Shown here one piece after another: positions 25,424 to 35,539 of a DNA stretch of 56,581 nt. This DNA is from a virus (taxonomy: Duplodnaviria > Caudoviricetes). The notes beneath the pieces are model-generated. The model saw nothing but the letters and a program-made list of their open reading frames with translations, ran no database searches and had not been told where the DNA came from. The position numbers were made by a program, and so were the translations under genes. The stretch spans positions 1 to 56,581 of IMG/VR virus record IMGVR_UViG_3300020426_000005. One strand, written 5' to 3'. How positions within the stretch are numbered: position 1 is the stretch's first letter; each line of letters starts with the position of its first letter.

Positions 25424-26746
25424 GTGAATTTATTATTAAAACAAGAATATGCAACCTATTACCTTAAAGATGATGAAACACAAGAAATCATCTATGGCGG
25501 AGCCGCTGGCGGTGGAAAATCGGCATTAGGTTGCCTTTGGCTTATAGAGTGTTGCCAAAAATATCCGGGTAGCCGTTGGCTTATGGGAAGGGCAAAATTA
25601 AAAACCCTTAAAGAAACCACTCTAAATACGTTCTTTGAATTAGCATCAAACTTAGGATTAAGCAATCAGTTCAAATTTAATGGTCAGCAAAATATTATTT
25701 ACTTCAATAATGGAAGTGAAATAATACTGAAAGATTTATTCTTATACCCATCCGATCCAAATTTCGACAGTTTGGGATCGTTGGAAATTTCAGGAGGTTT
25801 TATTGATGAGTGTAACCAGATCGTATACAAGGCTTGGCAAATCGTAAAATCAAGGATAAGATATAAATTAAATGCTTTCGGAATCATTCCTAAACTATTA
25901 GGTAGTTGCAACCCGGCTAAAAATTGGGTGTATAAAGAATTTTACCGACCATCAAAAGACAGGTCAATTGAAAGTTACCGAAAGTTCATTCAGGCATTAC
26001 CAACTGATAATCCGCACTTGCATCCCTCTTATATCCAATCGCTATTAAGACTTGACAAAAACAGTAAGGAGCGTTTGTATTATGGGAATTGGGAGTATGA
26101 CGATGATCCGGCTACATTGATTAGCATGGATGCTATTGTTGATTATTTCAACCCTGTGCATATTGATCGAGGTAGTAAACGGTATTTGACTATTGATGTA
26201 GCACGAAAAGGAAAAGACAAAACTTTATTTCGAGTTTGGGAAGGGATGCTTTGTATTCACCGAAAAGAAATGGCTAAATCGGGTGTAGACGAAGTGGTTG
26301 AAGAAGCTAAGAAATTGCAGAAATCTTTCACTATTCCTACTAGCCGAGTAGTAGCTGATGAAGATGGAGTTGGAGGAGGTGTAGTCGACTACTTGAAGTG
26401 TAAAGGCTTTGTAAATAATGCATCTCCTATGAATGGAGAAAACTACGCAAACTTAAAAAGTCAATGTAGTTATGAAATGGCTAAAAAAATTGAATCCAGA
26501 GAAGCTGGGGAACTTTGCAATTCTAAAGATGTTAGGGATATTGTTTCAGAAGAAATGGAGCAGATTAAGCAGAAAGATATTGATAAGGATGGTAAAATAG
26601 CCATCATACCAAAAGATATTATTAAAGAAAAAATAGGGCGTTCGCCCGATGACTGGGATAGTATAATGATGAGATATTACTTTGAGTTAGAAACACCAAT
26701 CATTATTTCAAAACCAAAAGCTCCAAAAGGGCTAAACTTCGGATAA
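25424..26746 (+). CDS. terL: terminase large subunit
   Basis: YGGAAGGGKS Walker A, FIDE Walker B, SCNP, IDVAR and SPDDWD nuclease motifs; GTG start. Confidence 0.95.
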   Translation: MNLLLKQEYATYYLKDDETQEIIYGGAAGGGKSALGCLWLIECCQKYPGSRWLMGRAKLKTLKETTLNTFFELASNLGLSNQFKFNGQQNIIYFNNGSEIILKDLFLYPSDPNFDSLGSLEISGGFIDECNQIVYKAWQIVKSRIRYKLNAFGIIPKLLGSCNPAKNWVYKEFYRPSKDRSIESYRKFIQALPTDNPHLHPSYIQSLLRLDKNSKERLYYGNWEYDDDPATLISMDAIVDYFNPVHIDRGSKRYLTIDVARKGKDKTLFRVWEGMLCIHRKEMAKSGVDEVVEEAKKLQKSFTIPTSRVVADEDGVGGGVVDYLKCKGFVNNASPMNGENYANLKSQCSYEMAKKIESREAGELCNSKDVRDIVSEEMEQIKQKDIDKDGKIAIIPKDIIKEKIGRSPDDWDSIMMRYYFELETPIIISKPKAPKGLNFG

Positions 26747-26749
26747 AAA

Positions 26750-26983
26750 ATGACTAAAATGGAGAATTTAAAACCTAGTGAACAGATAAACGAATATCTA
26801 AAAGATTATAAAGGCAAGAAGACATTACTTTTTAAGAGTGGTGAAAAGATAAAAATAGATAGTTCAAATCTGATAAAATTACTTCAAAACATCATTGAGA
26901 AAAATGATCAAATTCAGATCATAGGTGATGATGCAAAAAATATCATGTTCATCAGATATAGTGAAATCGCTGGAATATACTAA
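26750..26983 (+). CDS. hypothetical protein
   Basis: 77 aa between TerL and portal. Confidence 0.55.
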   Translation: MTKMENLKPSEQINEYLKDYKGKKTLLFKSGEKIKIDSSNLIKLLQNIIEKNDQIQIIGDDAKNIMFIRYSEIAGIY

Positions 26984-26985
26984 TT

Positions 26986-28323
26986 ATGGAAGAAGAATTC
27001 GAATTTGATTTTAAAAGCGCGCAAGCCGTTAAAGATTTTCTAGGCGAAAATGAAGGTCGCCAAAAGAAGATTAAAGAGTATAAGCAAGAGTACGAAGGTA
27101 CCGATGAAGGACGTAAGCTTCGCGATAACCAAATAGGGAAACGTGAGGATTATATGCAGAGTGATAAACGTATTGTAGCTGAAAAGTTAAAAACTCAGTA
27201 TCAACGTTATATCGTAACCACTCATGTTTCTTTTTTACTAGGAGATCAACCAACGATAACAGCGAATGATCCAGAGAAACAGTCTGCTATTGATATCCTT
27301 GACGTGTACAAAAAGAATCGTATTAACGATAAGCTTCAGGAGTTTGCCGAGCAAGCGATGAGTACTACCATGGGCGTAATGATTTTTTCTAGAGGAGCGG
27401 AAAATGAAATTAAAGCCAGACTATACACCCAGGATAACGGCAGATATACGCCACAATATGATGTGTATGGTGATTTGGTGGCGTTCTATTGGGAATTCAC
27501 CATCGGAGAAGTAGATCACATTTGGATATTCACCGAAACTGAAATTCACAAGTATCAGGATGAAAAGTATGTGACCTCAGATGGTCATGACTTCGGAGTG
27601 ATACCAGTTGTTTTTGTGGACCAAAAAGAGCCAGAATGGTTTATCTCCAAAGAAGATATCGACCGGTATGAAATGTTGAAATCAAAGCTCGCTGGATCAA
27701 ACAACTATTTTGCGCTTCCTATTTTGAAATTAAAAGGAGGTACCACAACCGATGAAAGCGGAGAGGAAAAAACCTTAATAGATGTAACTGAAGATGGTAA
27801 ATCTTTACTTCTTGGAGTTGCGAAGCATCAAGATATGCTTATCGAATCCGATGCAGAATTTTTAGAGCGTGATACCGGAGTAGATTCTATCGAACTCGAA
27901 AAGAACTGGCTGAAAGAAGATATTCACCGTATTACACAAACTCCGGATCTTTCCTTTGATAACGTGAAAGGAATTGGTGCATTATCTGGTCGTGCATTGC
28001 TCCTTATGATGCAAGATCCACTAAACAAAGCTAAGCGAAAACGTGGGGCGTATAATACTGCAATTAGTCGTATTCTTTCGATCATTAAGCATGGCTTAGG
28101 AATCAATGATGAGGAATTGATGTTTGATATTGAATTCAATTACTCGATTCCTGAGGACATGAAAGAATGGATTGAAATGTTGTATTCAGCCACCGGTGGA
28201 AAAGCAACGATGAGCCAAGAAACTGCTACTCAAAACAACCCATTAGTTAAGGATTCGGCTGCAGAGCTGGAAAAAATCAAAGAGGAACAATCCCAGTCGA
28301 TGGGTGAAACATTTGTACCGTAA
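26986..28323 (+). CDS. portal protein (SPP1 gp6-like)
   Basis: HDFGVIPVV, TPDLSFDN, LSGRAL; position after TerL. Confidence 0.9.
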   Translation: MEEEFEFDFKSAQAVKDFLGENEGRQKKIKEYKQEYEGTDEGRKLRDNQIGKREDYMQSDKRIVAEKLKTQYQRYIVTTHVSFLLGDQPTITANDPEKQSAIDILDVYKKNRINDKLQEFAEQAMSTTMGVMIFSRGAENEIKARLYTQDNGRYTPQYDVYGDLVAFYWEFTIGEVDHIWIFTETEIHKYQDEKYVTSDGHDFGVIPVVFVDQKEPEWFISKEDIDRYEMLKSKLAGSNNYFALPILKLKGGTTTDESGEEKTLIDVTEDGKSLLLGVAKHQDMLIESDAEFLERDTGVDSIELEKNWLKEDIHRITQTPDLSFDNVKGIGALSGRALLLMMQDPLNKAKRKRGAYNTAISRILSIIKHGLGINDEELMFDIEFNYSIPEDMKEWIEMLYSATGGKATMSQETATQNNPLVKDSAAELEKIKEEQSQSMGETFVP

Positions 28324-28679
28324 TGGAAAGTAAAAAAGTTGAAGTACCTATTTACGGTGAAAAGTTTGAAATCATTCTATTCGATAAAAGCGAAGAGGTT
28401 GAAAAGCATATTGAAGGATTGGAGCTAAACACTTCTTTAGATAATTATGATGGATGCGTTTTTCAATATAAGAATCAAATATACTTAGCCTTAAATACTA
28501 GTAAGGAGGGATATCCAACCCCTGGGATTATCGCTCATGAAGCTAAGCATTTATTAAACGAAATATATCTGAATATAGGCGCTCAATTGGACTTAGAAAA
28601 TGACGAGCCAGAAGCCTATTTATTGGGCTGGATAGTAAACCGAATACATGAATTCATCGCGGAAACCGAAAAGCGATAA
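28323..28679 (+). CDS. putative zincin-like metallopeptidase
   Basis: IAHEAKH...EPEAY. Confidence 0.6.
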   Translation: MESKKVEVPIYGEKFEIILFDKSEEVEKHIEGLELNTSLDNYDGCVFQYKNQIYLALNTSKEGYPTPGIIAHEAKHLLNEIYLNIGAQLDLENDEPEAYLLGWIVNRIHEFIAETEKR

Positions 28680-28717
28680 TAGAGTAGGCAAATCAACAAT
28701 TAATATCAATTATAATC

Positions 28718-28915
28718 ATGGGACCATCATTAAGCACAGAATTAAAAGATTCTGATTCTTTGGATCAATTAGCAGGTTATCCAATTACGGAACCTTTCAG
28801 AGAACCAGAGCGCAAACTCAACCGAAAAGAACGTAGAGCCTTCAAACAAAAGCTGAAGAAACCCAAGTATCAAAAGCTTGCGAAGAAAGTAATTGAATCT
28901 AAAAGTAAGAAGTAG
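28718..28915 (+). CDS. small basic hypothetical protein
   Basis: preceded by the leader motif; NRKERR. Confidence 0.55.
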   Translation: MGPSLSTELKDSDSLDQLAGYPITEPFREPERKLNRKERRAFKQKLKKPKYQKLAKKVIESKSKK

Positions 28916-28917
28916 TA

Positions 28918-29208
28918 ATGAAATTCAGAGGACACCACATAGAAGATAAGGACGATGTGTTTGTGTATTCAGACACCTTAGAACCTGTAGCGGAAAACTG
29001 GCAAAAAAGAGGTTGCGGACATTGTGGAATGAAAGACACACCAGAAGGACACGACGGTTGCCTTGGCACCTTGGATGAAAACATTGTAATGAACGCATGT
29101 TGCGGTCATGGGAATGATTCGGAGGCTTACGTTCAGTTTTGGAATGGCGATGTGTTAACAGGAGATTGGGCTATTGATCTTCAAAAAGAACTTAAAACTG
29201 CTAAGTGA
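28918..29208 (+). CDS. Cys/His-rich hypothetical protein
   Basis: CGHC..GHDGCLGTL..NACCGHG. Confidence 0.65.
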   Translation: MKFRGHHIEDKDDVFVYSDTLEPVAENWQKRGCGHCGMKDTPEGHDGCLGTLDENIVMNACCGHGNDSEAYVQFWNGDVLTGDWAIDLQKELKTAK

Positions 29209-29552
29209 TGGAATACCTATTAGCAATATATTTTCTAATCAACTTCTATTTAACGGGAGTGATTAATGCAAAGGAAGAATATTCGGTGTGGTGGAGGACA
29301 ATTTTACTATTGTGTACCGCTTCATTTTGCTTATTGGTTCCTGTTTTTGAATGGGTGAATGATAAACTACTTCAATATGATTGGTATCAATCAATCAAAT
29401 TTTGGGTTGAACTTAATGTATTAGGAAGCTTTTCAGGATATAATAAAGAACATGTTTCAGCCATGGACGGTTTTGTAAATAAATCAGAAGGGAAGTATTC
29501 GGAAAGGCTTAAAAAGCAATGGAAACGCGTTAAACTGAAATACAATTACTAA
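29208..29552 (+). CDS. membrane hypothetical protein
   Basis: two hydrophobic N-terminal segments. Confidence 0.6.
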   Translation: MEYLLAIYFLINFYLTGVINAKEEYSVWWRTILLLCTASFCLLVPVFEWVNDKLLQYDWYQSIKFWVELNVLGSFSGYNKEHVSAMDGFVNKSEGKYSERLKKQWKRVKLKYNY

Positions 29553-30590
29553 ATGCCAAACAACAACTGCGAAAATAGACTACTATCCTTAATAAGTTCC
29601 CAAGAGTGGTACTTAGATCGACTGTACGCGGAATATTCCCGACAATTCGCTTCTATTTTCCGTGAGTTTGGCGGTAAGGTGTACAAGTATCATCAAAAAG
29701 AACTGGATAAGGTTTTAAATCGATTCCATGATGATCTGGAAAAAACATTTGCTGAACAAATCAGTAATTCGTTTAGCATTTCAAACCTATGTAATGATGA
29801 ACGCACTAAGGATTATCTGAAAGATCTGGAAGTAAGCAGCGAGCAAAAGGCAATTTTTCTAAAAAGCAATCCGAATGCCGTTGCTTCTTTCTTGTCCAGA
29901 AAACAGGCAGGTTTAAATTTGAGTGATCGTGTTTGGAGGTTAACTAATCAAACCGAAGAAGCTTTACTAAGTGGTTTAGAATCTGGAATTTTCGACGGCC
30001 GGCCGGCTGCTGATATGGCTAGGGATTTAAAGCGTTATCTAAAAGAACCGGATCAAAGATTCCGAAGGGTAAAAGATGCTAACGGAAAATTAGTATTATC
30101 CAACCCAGCTAAAAATTACAATCCAGGTCAAGGGGTGTATCGTTCATCTTACAAAAATGCACTTCGCTTAAGTCGGAATGAGATCAATATCGCTTATCGC
30201 ACCAATGATTTTGAACGCAGAAAAAATATGCCTTGGGTAATGGGGCAAAGGATTAGATTGAGTGCGGCCCATCCGCGTTTTGATATTTGTGATTCTCTAA
30301 TTGGAACTTACCCTAAAGAGTTTAAATTCACTGGTTTTCATCCAAACTGTTTGTGTATCAGCGATTCTTTGCTACTCCCAAGAGAAAAATTCAAAGAGTA
30401 TTTATCCGGTGGATCAATCGACCAACGCCACTTAGTTAAATCAGTACCGAAAAATGCATTGGACTACTTAAATGCCAATGCTGATAAGATCAACAATTGG
30501 AAATCAAAACCGTATTTCCTTAAAGATAATTTTACAATCACTAAATCCGGGATCATCACACCGAATGAAAATATACAAAGTAAAATATGA
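29553..30590 (+). CDS. head morphogenesis / minor capsid protein (SPP1 gp7 or Mu F-like)
   Basis: LSDRVW, RLSRNEINIAY, CD..HPNCLC. Confidence 0.85.
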   Translation: MPNNNCENRLLSLISSQEWYLDRLYAEYSRQFASIFREFGGKVYKYHQKELDKVLNRFHDDLEKTFAEQISNSFSISNLCNDERTKDYLKDLEVSSEQKAIFLKSNPNAVASFLSRKQAGLNLSDRVWRLTNQTEEALLSGLESGIFDGRPAADMARDLKRYLKEPDQRFRRVKDANGKLVLSNPAKNYNPGQGVYRSSYKNALRLSRNEINIAYRTNDFERRKNMPWVMGQRIRLSAAHPRFDICDSLIGTYPKEFKFTGFHPNCLCISDSLLLPREKFKEYLSGGSIDQRHLVKSVPKNALDYLNANADKINNWKSKPYFLKDNFTITKSGIITPNENIQSKI

Positions 30591-30957
30591 GAGAGAGCAA
30601 GGCGGTAAAAAGCTAGACTGGTATAGAGAAGAACTTTATACCGGCAATAACCCACCTCAAAAAGGCAAATCCAAAGCCTTAATGACTACACCTGTGACTT
30701 ATGAAAAAGTTATCGATGTGGAAGATATTACGGTAAACCTTAGAGAAAGCCTCACCGAATTGAATTTATACAAGATTGAGCAAACCCGCAAAGCTTTCTT
30801 TGAGATCTATGGCACCAATCCAGAAAACAACCGAAAACTATTTATTGACTGGTATATCAAAACTCACCAGGCAAGCTATCATTTATTAATCAATGATCTT
30901 TCTGAATTCTATTTACATATCAGTGAAGATCGTATAATGCGATACTTAAATGAATAG
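30565..30957 (+). CDS. hypothetical protein
   Basis: start moved to MKIYKV. Confidence 0.6.
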   Translation: MKIYKVKYEREQGGKKLDWYREELYTGNNPPQKGKSKALMTTPVTYEKVIDVEDITVNLRESLTELNLYKIEQTRKAFFEIYGTNPENNRKLFIDWYIKTHQASYHLLINDLSEFYLHISEDRIMRYLNE

Positions 30958-31168
30958 AGACACAAGACTTTTGGAAAGAAGAAAGAAATGGATAGGCATG
31001 TACATGAAGCAAAGAAAGCTGGACCATAATTACGATTACCAAACCGCAATTAGTGATGCGGCCAGTATGTTTTCCATCAAAAAAAGAACGGCTGTAAAAG
31101 ATTTTACACAGTTCAACAAAAGAAAGTTAGTGACATCTACGCACGTACAATACGAATTACCATTCTAA
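30950..31168 (+). CDS. small basic HTH-like protein
   Basis: AISDAASMFSIKKRTAVKD. Confidence 0.5.
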   Translation: MNRDTRLLERRKKWIGMYMKQRKLDHNYDYQTAISDAASMFSIKKRTAVKDFTQFNKRKLVTSTHVQYELPF

Positions 31169-31192
31169 ACCCTACATCTACCTATATCTTAG
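31137..31192 (+). promoter_or_regulatory. putative late promoter 1 (CTACGCA-N41-TATCTTAG)
   Basis: same spacing as the copies at 41376 and 45601; upstream of scaffold and capsid genes. Confidence 0.55.
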
Positions 31193-31226
31193 CAATCAAT
31201 CAAATAACGAACAAAACAATCGTACG

Positions 31227-31847
31227 ATGAAATTTGAAGAATTTATCAAGAAACTTGGTGTAGCACTCGAAGATGAGGACACGGCTAAGGCGCTTGAATC
31301 ATTCGGTATCAAACCCGATCAAATTGAGGGATTTAAAGACCTCGCAATACCAACAAATCTTGACGAAGCTCTTAAGATTAAAGGGGTTCAGAGTGATTAT
31401 GACAAGCGACTTGGAAAAGCCGCTCAAACTCGTGAGGACAACTTGAAAAAGAAATTCAATTTCGTTGAGAAAGAAGAACCGGAAGAAGAGGAGGAAATCG
31501 AAACTAAAGATCCTGCTATGAAAGCAATTTTAGCCCAAATGAAAAAGATGGGTGAAGAAATACAAGGCTTTAAAGCGAAAGAACAGCAACAAACTGTTGA
31601 GCAAAAAAAGCAGGACGCGAGAGACTTCTTGAAAGAAAACAAAATACCTGGCGTATATGTTCACGAAATGGATTTGGAAAAAGACTTTAAAGAGCAGCTT
31701 GAAAAACTCTCTGAAAAAGTGAAAGAAGACGGGGTTTCACTAGAAACAACGGAGCCAGCCAATCCACGGACAAGACGTTTGCCAGTTCCTAACAACGGTG
31801 GGGCGAAAAAACCATCGAAAGAGGACATTGCAAAAATCGTAGGCTAA
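31227..31847 (+). CDS. capsid scaffolding protein
   Basis: charged, helical; QSDYDKR; precedes decoration and capsid genes. Confidence 0.7.
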   Translation: MKFEEFIKKLGVALEDEDTAKALESFGIKPDQIEGFKDLAIPTNLDEALKIKGVQSDYDKRLGKAAQTREDNLKKKFNFVEKEEPEEEEEIETKDPAMKAILAQMKKMGEEIQGFKAKEQQQTVEQKKQDARDFLKENKIPGVYVHEMDLEKDFKEQLEKLSEKVKEDGVSLETTEPANPRTRRLPVPNNGGAKKPSKEDIAKIVG

Positions 31848-31865
31848 TAATCTAAAACCTATACT

Positions 31866-32237
31866 ATGGCAGTATTAGATTTAAGCGTTGAAGATCAAAA
31901 GGAGTATTCCGAAGGCATCGACGGCGTAGCTATCAAGAAATACATTCACGGCCTTGAAGGAGGAGCTGTTCTAAATGCAGAAGGCTTTCCGGATAAATTT
32001 ATTTTTGAAGGTCACGGTGTAATTCGTGAAGATGGCGAATTCAAGCCGCAACCTGTTGACGGCACAAAAGGAACTTTACTCGTTGGGGTTGTACGTTCTA
32101 CTACTAGAACAGCTAAGCCTTCCACCGGTGTTATGACTGGGGGCTACATCAACAACGAAGTGGTAAAGTATAAGTTTAACCAAGCTTCCCTGGATGCTTT
32201 ACAGGCGTTGGGAATCTATAATCAACCAGACTACTAA
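31866..32237 (+). CDS. head decoration protein
   Basis: 123 aa directly upstream of the major capsid gene. Confidence 0.6.
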   Translation: MAVLDLSVEDQKEYSEGIDGVAIKKYIHGLEGGAVLNAEGFPDKFIFEGHGVIREDGEFKPQPVDGTKGTLLVGVVRSTTRTAKPSTGVMTGGYINNEVVKYKFNQASLDALQALGIYNQPDY

Positions 32238-33529
32238 TGGCAGTATCAATATTTAAAGATCTGATTGATGAGTATATGGAAGGCGTTGTGCTTGCTCAAT
32301 ATGAGAAAGTAAATGGTTCCAAAGATGCTCCCAATTACGATCATGAACGTTACTTAACGCCTGAGTATAGTGCGGATATGACCTATAGCTCTGTTAGTGG
32401 TAATTACACCCGGATTACGGCTGATTACGTAGCGTATGATTCTCCACTTCCTGTGAAGTCGAGAGCGACCATTAAAAGTGCTTCAGGAGAAGTGCCTAAA
32501 ATGGGTATGAAGTTCATTTTGGACGAAAAACAAATGAACACTCTTAGAATTCTTAGGAGAGATCCGGGAAGGAAAATGGAACTTGCTCGTAAGGTATTCA
32601 ACGATTCTGAAAATGGAATATTCGGAATTAAAGAGCTAATTGAAGAATCTATGTATGTAGGTTTTTCTGGCGGAACAATGCTTATTCCTGGAGAAAACAA
32701 TACCGGTCCAGCAGTAAGGGCTAGCTACGACATTCCCGAAAGCAACCAATTTGGGGTAACAGCTAAATGGAGTGATCCAGCATCTAAGCCCCTTTCTGAT
32801 CTTAAAAGGATTAAAAAGGCAGCTAGAGCAAAAGGGGAATATCCTAACACCATCTGGATGGGTGCTGACACATTAGATAATCTGTTAGACAACAATCAGA
32901 TTAAAGCGCAATTTGCCTGGAACAACAATTTCTCAGGAGATAATCCGAACATTCCGACACTTGACGAAGATCAGATTAGAGCTCTTTTTTCCAAGACTCT
33001 AAAGATGAATCTTATTGTTGTGGAAAGGACTTTTGTTCATCAAAAGAACAAACAACGCATCGTTACAGAGGGATGGACTAAGGATATGGTAGTGTTAACC
33101 ACAGGGACCAATATCGGATCTTTGGTTTATTCTACTCTTGCAGAGGAAGAATTCCCAGTGGAAGATGTTCAGTACTCCAAAGCAAATGATTACATTCTTG
33201 TAAAAGAGTGGGGTGCAACTGACCCTGTTAGTCACGCAACAGGTGTTGAGGCAATTGTCTTCCCAGTTCTTCAGAATGTAGAATCTTTCTTCTACATCAA
33301 CTCTGAAGAGGCCGATGCTTCCGAAGATGCGCAAACTGAAGGTGATGACTTGTACAGCTACGAAGGTACCAGCTATACCAAAGAGTCTGTGGCAGCTGGA
33401 TTGAATGCCACCGGTGAAGTTGCAAATACTACTGCAGATCAAGCTGATTCTACTATTACAGGTAAGATCAACAAGCTTTCTGAAGCCGGTGTAACTGAAT
33501 TCAAGAAACATCTTGAAGAACCAGCATAA
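32237..33529 (+). CDS. major capsid protein
   Basis: ADYVAYDSPLP, GEVPKMG, KWSD...PLSDL (lambda gpE-like); extra C-terminal segment. Confidence 0.85.
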   Translation: MAVSIFKDLIDEYMEGVVLAQYEKVNGSKDAPNYDHERYLTPEYSADMTYSSVSGNYTRITADYVAYDSPLPVKSRATIKSASGEVPKMGMKFILDEKQMNTLRILRRDPGRKMELARKVFNDSENGIFGIKELIEESMYVGFSGGTMLIPGENNTGPAVRASYDIPESNQFGVTAKWSDPASKPLSDLKRIKKAARAKGEYPNTIWMGADTLDNLLDNNQIKAQFAWNNNFSGDNPNIPTLDEDQIRALFSKTLKMNLIVVERTFVHQKNKQRIVTEGWTKDMVVLTTGTNIGSLVYSTLAEEEFPVEDVQYSKANDYILVKEWGATDPVSHATGVEAIVFPVLQNVESFFYINSEEADASEDAQTEGDDLYSYEGTSYTKESVAAGLNATGEVANTTADQADSTITGKINKLSEAGVTEFKKHLEEPA

Positions 33530-33531
33530 GC

Positions 33532-33831
33532 ATGACAAATAACGATTGGCTTAACGAAATCGTACCTGAAGTTAGTCAGGGCATAAAAAACGCTATAATG
33601 ACAGCCCGGGGAGTGGATCCCCAGGCTGATTATAGTAATGACAAAAGCATTGAATTAGTGGAAGCTGATATCTATATGCGCATTACGATTATGCCTGAAT
33701 TTTCGGAAGGTTCACTTTCTATTAAGTACAATCTAAGTTCTTTGAGGGATCAAGCCAATAATATTTACGAGAAATGGGGCGATGATAAGTACAATAGCGG
33801 AATTCCTGTTATAAAAAGGGTAAAGCTATGA
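33532..33831 (+). CDS. head-tail connector protein
   Basis: synteny; FSEGSLSIKY. Confidence 0.65.
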   Translation: MTNNDWLNEIVPEVSQGIKNAIMTARGVDPQADYSNDKSIELVEADIYMRITIMPEFSEGSLSIKYNLSSLRDQANNIYEKWGDDKYNSGIPVIKRVKL

Positions 33832-34121
33832 TACAACGTTATCCACATACGGCCGTAATCGAGATTGAAACGCTTAGTGATGGCCCAATACCAACCAAAA
33901 CAACTCAGGAGATTGAAGTAAAAGGAAGGTATGAGCCAAACACTCGACCAGGTGGAGGGGGAGGCATTCAGTACAGTGCAAAATTCTATTGTGAAAAGCT
34001 GGATGTATTAAAACCAGATCCTCATTATCTGGACGGCAAAAAGCTTAAAATCTTTGGGCGCTCGATAGATATTGTAAAAGGATGGCCTTATCAAATACAT
34101 TGTGAGTTATGGCTGGATTAA
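33828..34121 (+). CDS. head-tail adaptor / closure protein
   Basis: synteny and size. Confidence 0.6.
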   Translation: MIQRYPHTAVIEIETLSDGPIPTKTTQEIEVKGRYEPNTRPGGGGGIQYSAKFYCEKLDVLKPDPHYLDGKKLKIFGRSIDIVKGWPYQIHCELWLD

Positions 34122-34555
34122 AAGCAATGTTTTCACTTAATCAGGTTCGCGAATATTTGCAAGATCAGGTCGATAATGCTAAAGCGAAGACAATCGAAGC
34201 GTTGCAGTATGCTGGTGAAGAATTTGTGAATAAAGCGAGAGCAACAAAAACCTATATAGACGATACAGGTAATTTACGTGCTTCTATTGGCTATGTGATT
34301 CTTGACGATGGGCGCATTATTGACAGGAATTTTAAAGCTGCTAACCAAGGCGACGAAGATGGAAAAGACGGTGTAACAGCCGGATTAAACTTTGTTGATG
34401 AGGTTTCAGATCAATATCCAAGAGGTTTAGTGCTTATCGGAGTGGCTGGCATGAGTTATGCTGCAGCTGTAGAAAGCATGGGTTACGATGTAATTACCGG
34501 TTCAGCTCCAAATAGTAACGATATCAAAGATTTATTGGGTGCAATCAAGTTATAA
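34109..34555 (+). CDS. HK97 gp10-like neck/tail-completion protein
   Basis: DDTGNLRASIGY, YAAAVE. Confidence 0.8.
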   Translation: MAGLKAMFSLNQVREYLQDQVDNAKAKTIEALQYAGEEFVNKARATKTYIDDTGNLRASIGYVILDDGRIIDRNFKAANQGDEDGKDGVTAGLNFVDEVSDQYPRGLVLIGVAGMSYAAAVESMGYDVITGSAPNSNDIKDLLGAIKL

Positions 34556-34922
34556 CATATTACTAGCCTTATATGAGGTTCTGAATATTCCAGAGCTTGA
34601 CAAAGTGTACTTGAATAAAGCTTCGGCAAAGTTACAAGGATGGTTCATTGTGATTAATACGATCAACAATCCAAACCAGTACTTACAAAATGGCTTTGGC
34701 AACGTAAACATTTATGGTCCTAACATTGGGGAGCAATTGCCCGATGGTGCAGGTTTCAAAGAACGACTAGACATTATACTTCCACTTCTGGACGATGTGA
34801 CAAAAGTTACAGCAAATGGAACTTTTCATTTTCAGGTAGATGATGAGAAAGGGCCTTTCGAAGATCAGGACAGAGACGGGATGAGTTATCAGAATATAAG
34901 ATTTGAATATCAAACATTGTAA
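34539..34922 (+). CDS. tail terminator protein
   Basis: synteny before the major tail gene; GTG start. Confidence 0.6.
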   Translation: MQSSYNILLALYEVLNIPELDKVYLNKASAKLQGWFIVINTINNPNQYLQNGFGNVNIYGPNIGEQLPDGAGFKERLDIILPLLDDVTKVTANGTFHFQVDDEKGPFEDQDRDGMSYQNIRFEYQTL

Positions 34923-34925
34923 GCA

Positions 34926-35468
34926 ATGGCAAAGTACAATAACGTATTAGGTGTTAAATCTGTTTATTTTGGCCCTGCCGGTGATGGTGTAATGGGTACA
35001 GAGTTAACAGAATTTAGCGACATAGAATTAGGCTCGCTAACCATAGAAGGCGCAAATTCTACAGTAGAAAATATTTCTACTGAAGATCAATATAATTATC
35101 TAACGGTAGACGTTACGGTCGACCCAACAACAATAACCGTTCGTTTTTATGGGCTAAGTCCAGAGGAGCGCGTAATGCTTATGGGCGGTAAAGTGGGAAC
35201 CGTAGACGATGGAGAAGACGAAGGAAACTATATGGCACCAGCCAGTAAACCTTCTATTTATGGTTCTTTTAAATTTGTGAGTAAGGAAATTAACGGTAAA
35301 CGCGCTGTATTCAAAATGCCTTATGCAAAAGCAAACGCAAGAGATCAAGGAACAGCCACTAAAAACGGACTTCCAGCAGTAGAAGTGGTATTTACCGCTA
35401 ATACACCAGAGAGTGCCGCAGGTGAAAAAGGAAACCCTTACATCTTAGGGTTTGAAGATGTGGTTTAA
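34926..35468 (+). CDS. major tail (tube) protein
   Basis: 180 aa, beta-rich, followed by a terminator and chaperone genes. Confidence 0.75.
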   Translation: MAKYNNVLGVKSVYFGPAGDGVMGTELTEFSDIELGSLTIEGANSTVENISTEDQYNYLTVDVTVDPTTITVRFYGLSPEERVMLMGGKVGTVDDGEDEGNYMAPASKPSIYGSFKFVSKEINGKRAVFKMPYAKANARDQGTATKNGLPAVEVVFTANTPESAAGEKGNPYILGFEDVV

Positions 35469-35493
35469 TTGCTCATGATTAAATTAATTGTTG

Positions 35494-35528
35494 AAAAGCC
35501 GTTATCGTGATGAATAACGGCTTTTTTT
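35494..35528 (+). terminator. intrinsic terminator
   Basis: AAAAGCCGTTAT/ATAACGGCTTTT plus T run. Confidence 0.85.
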
Positions 35529-35539
35529 AAATCTTACCT

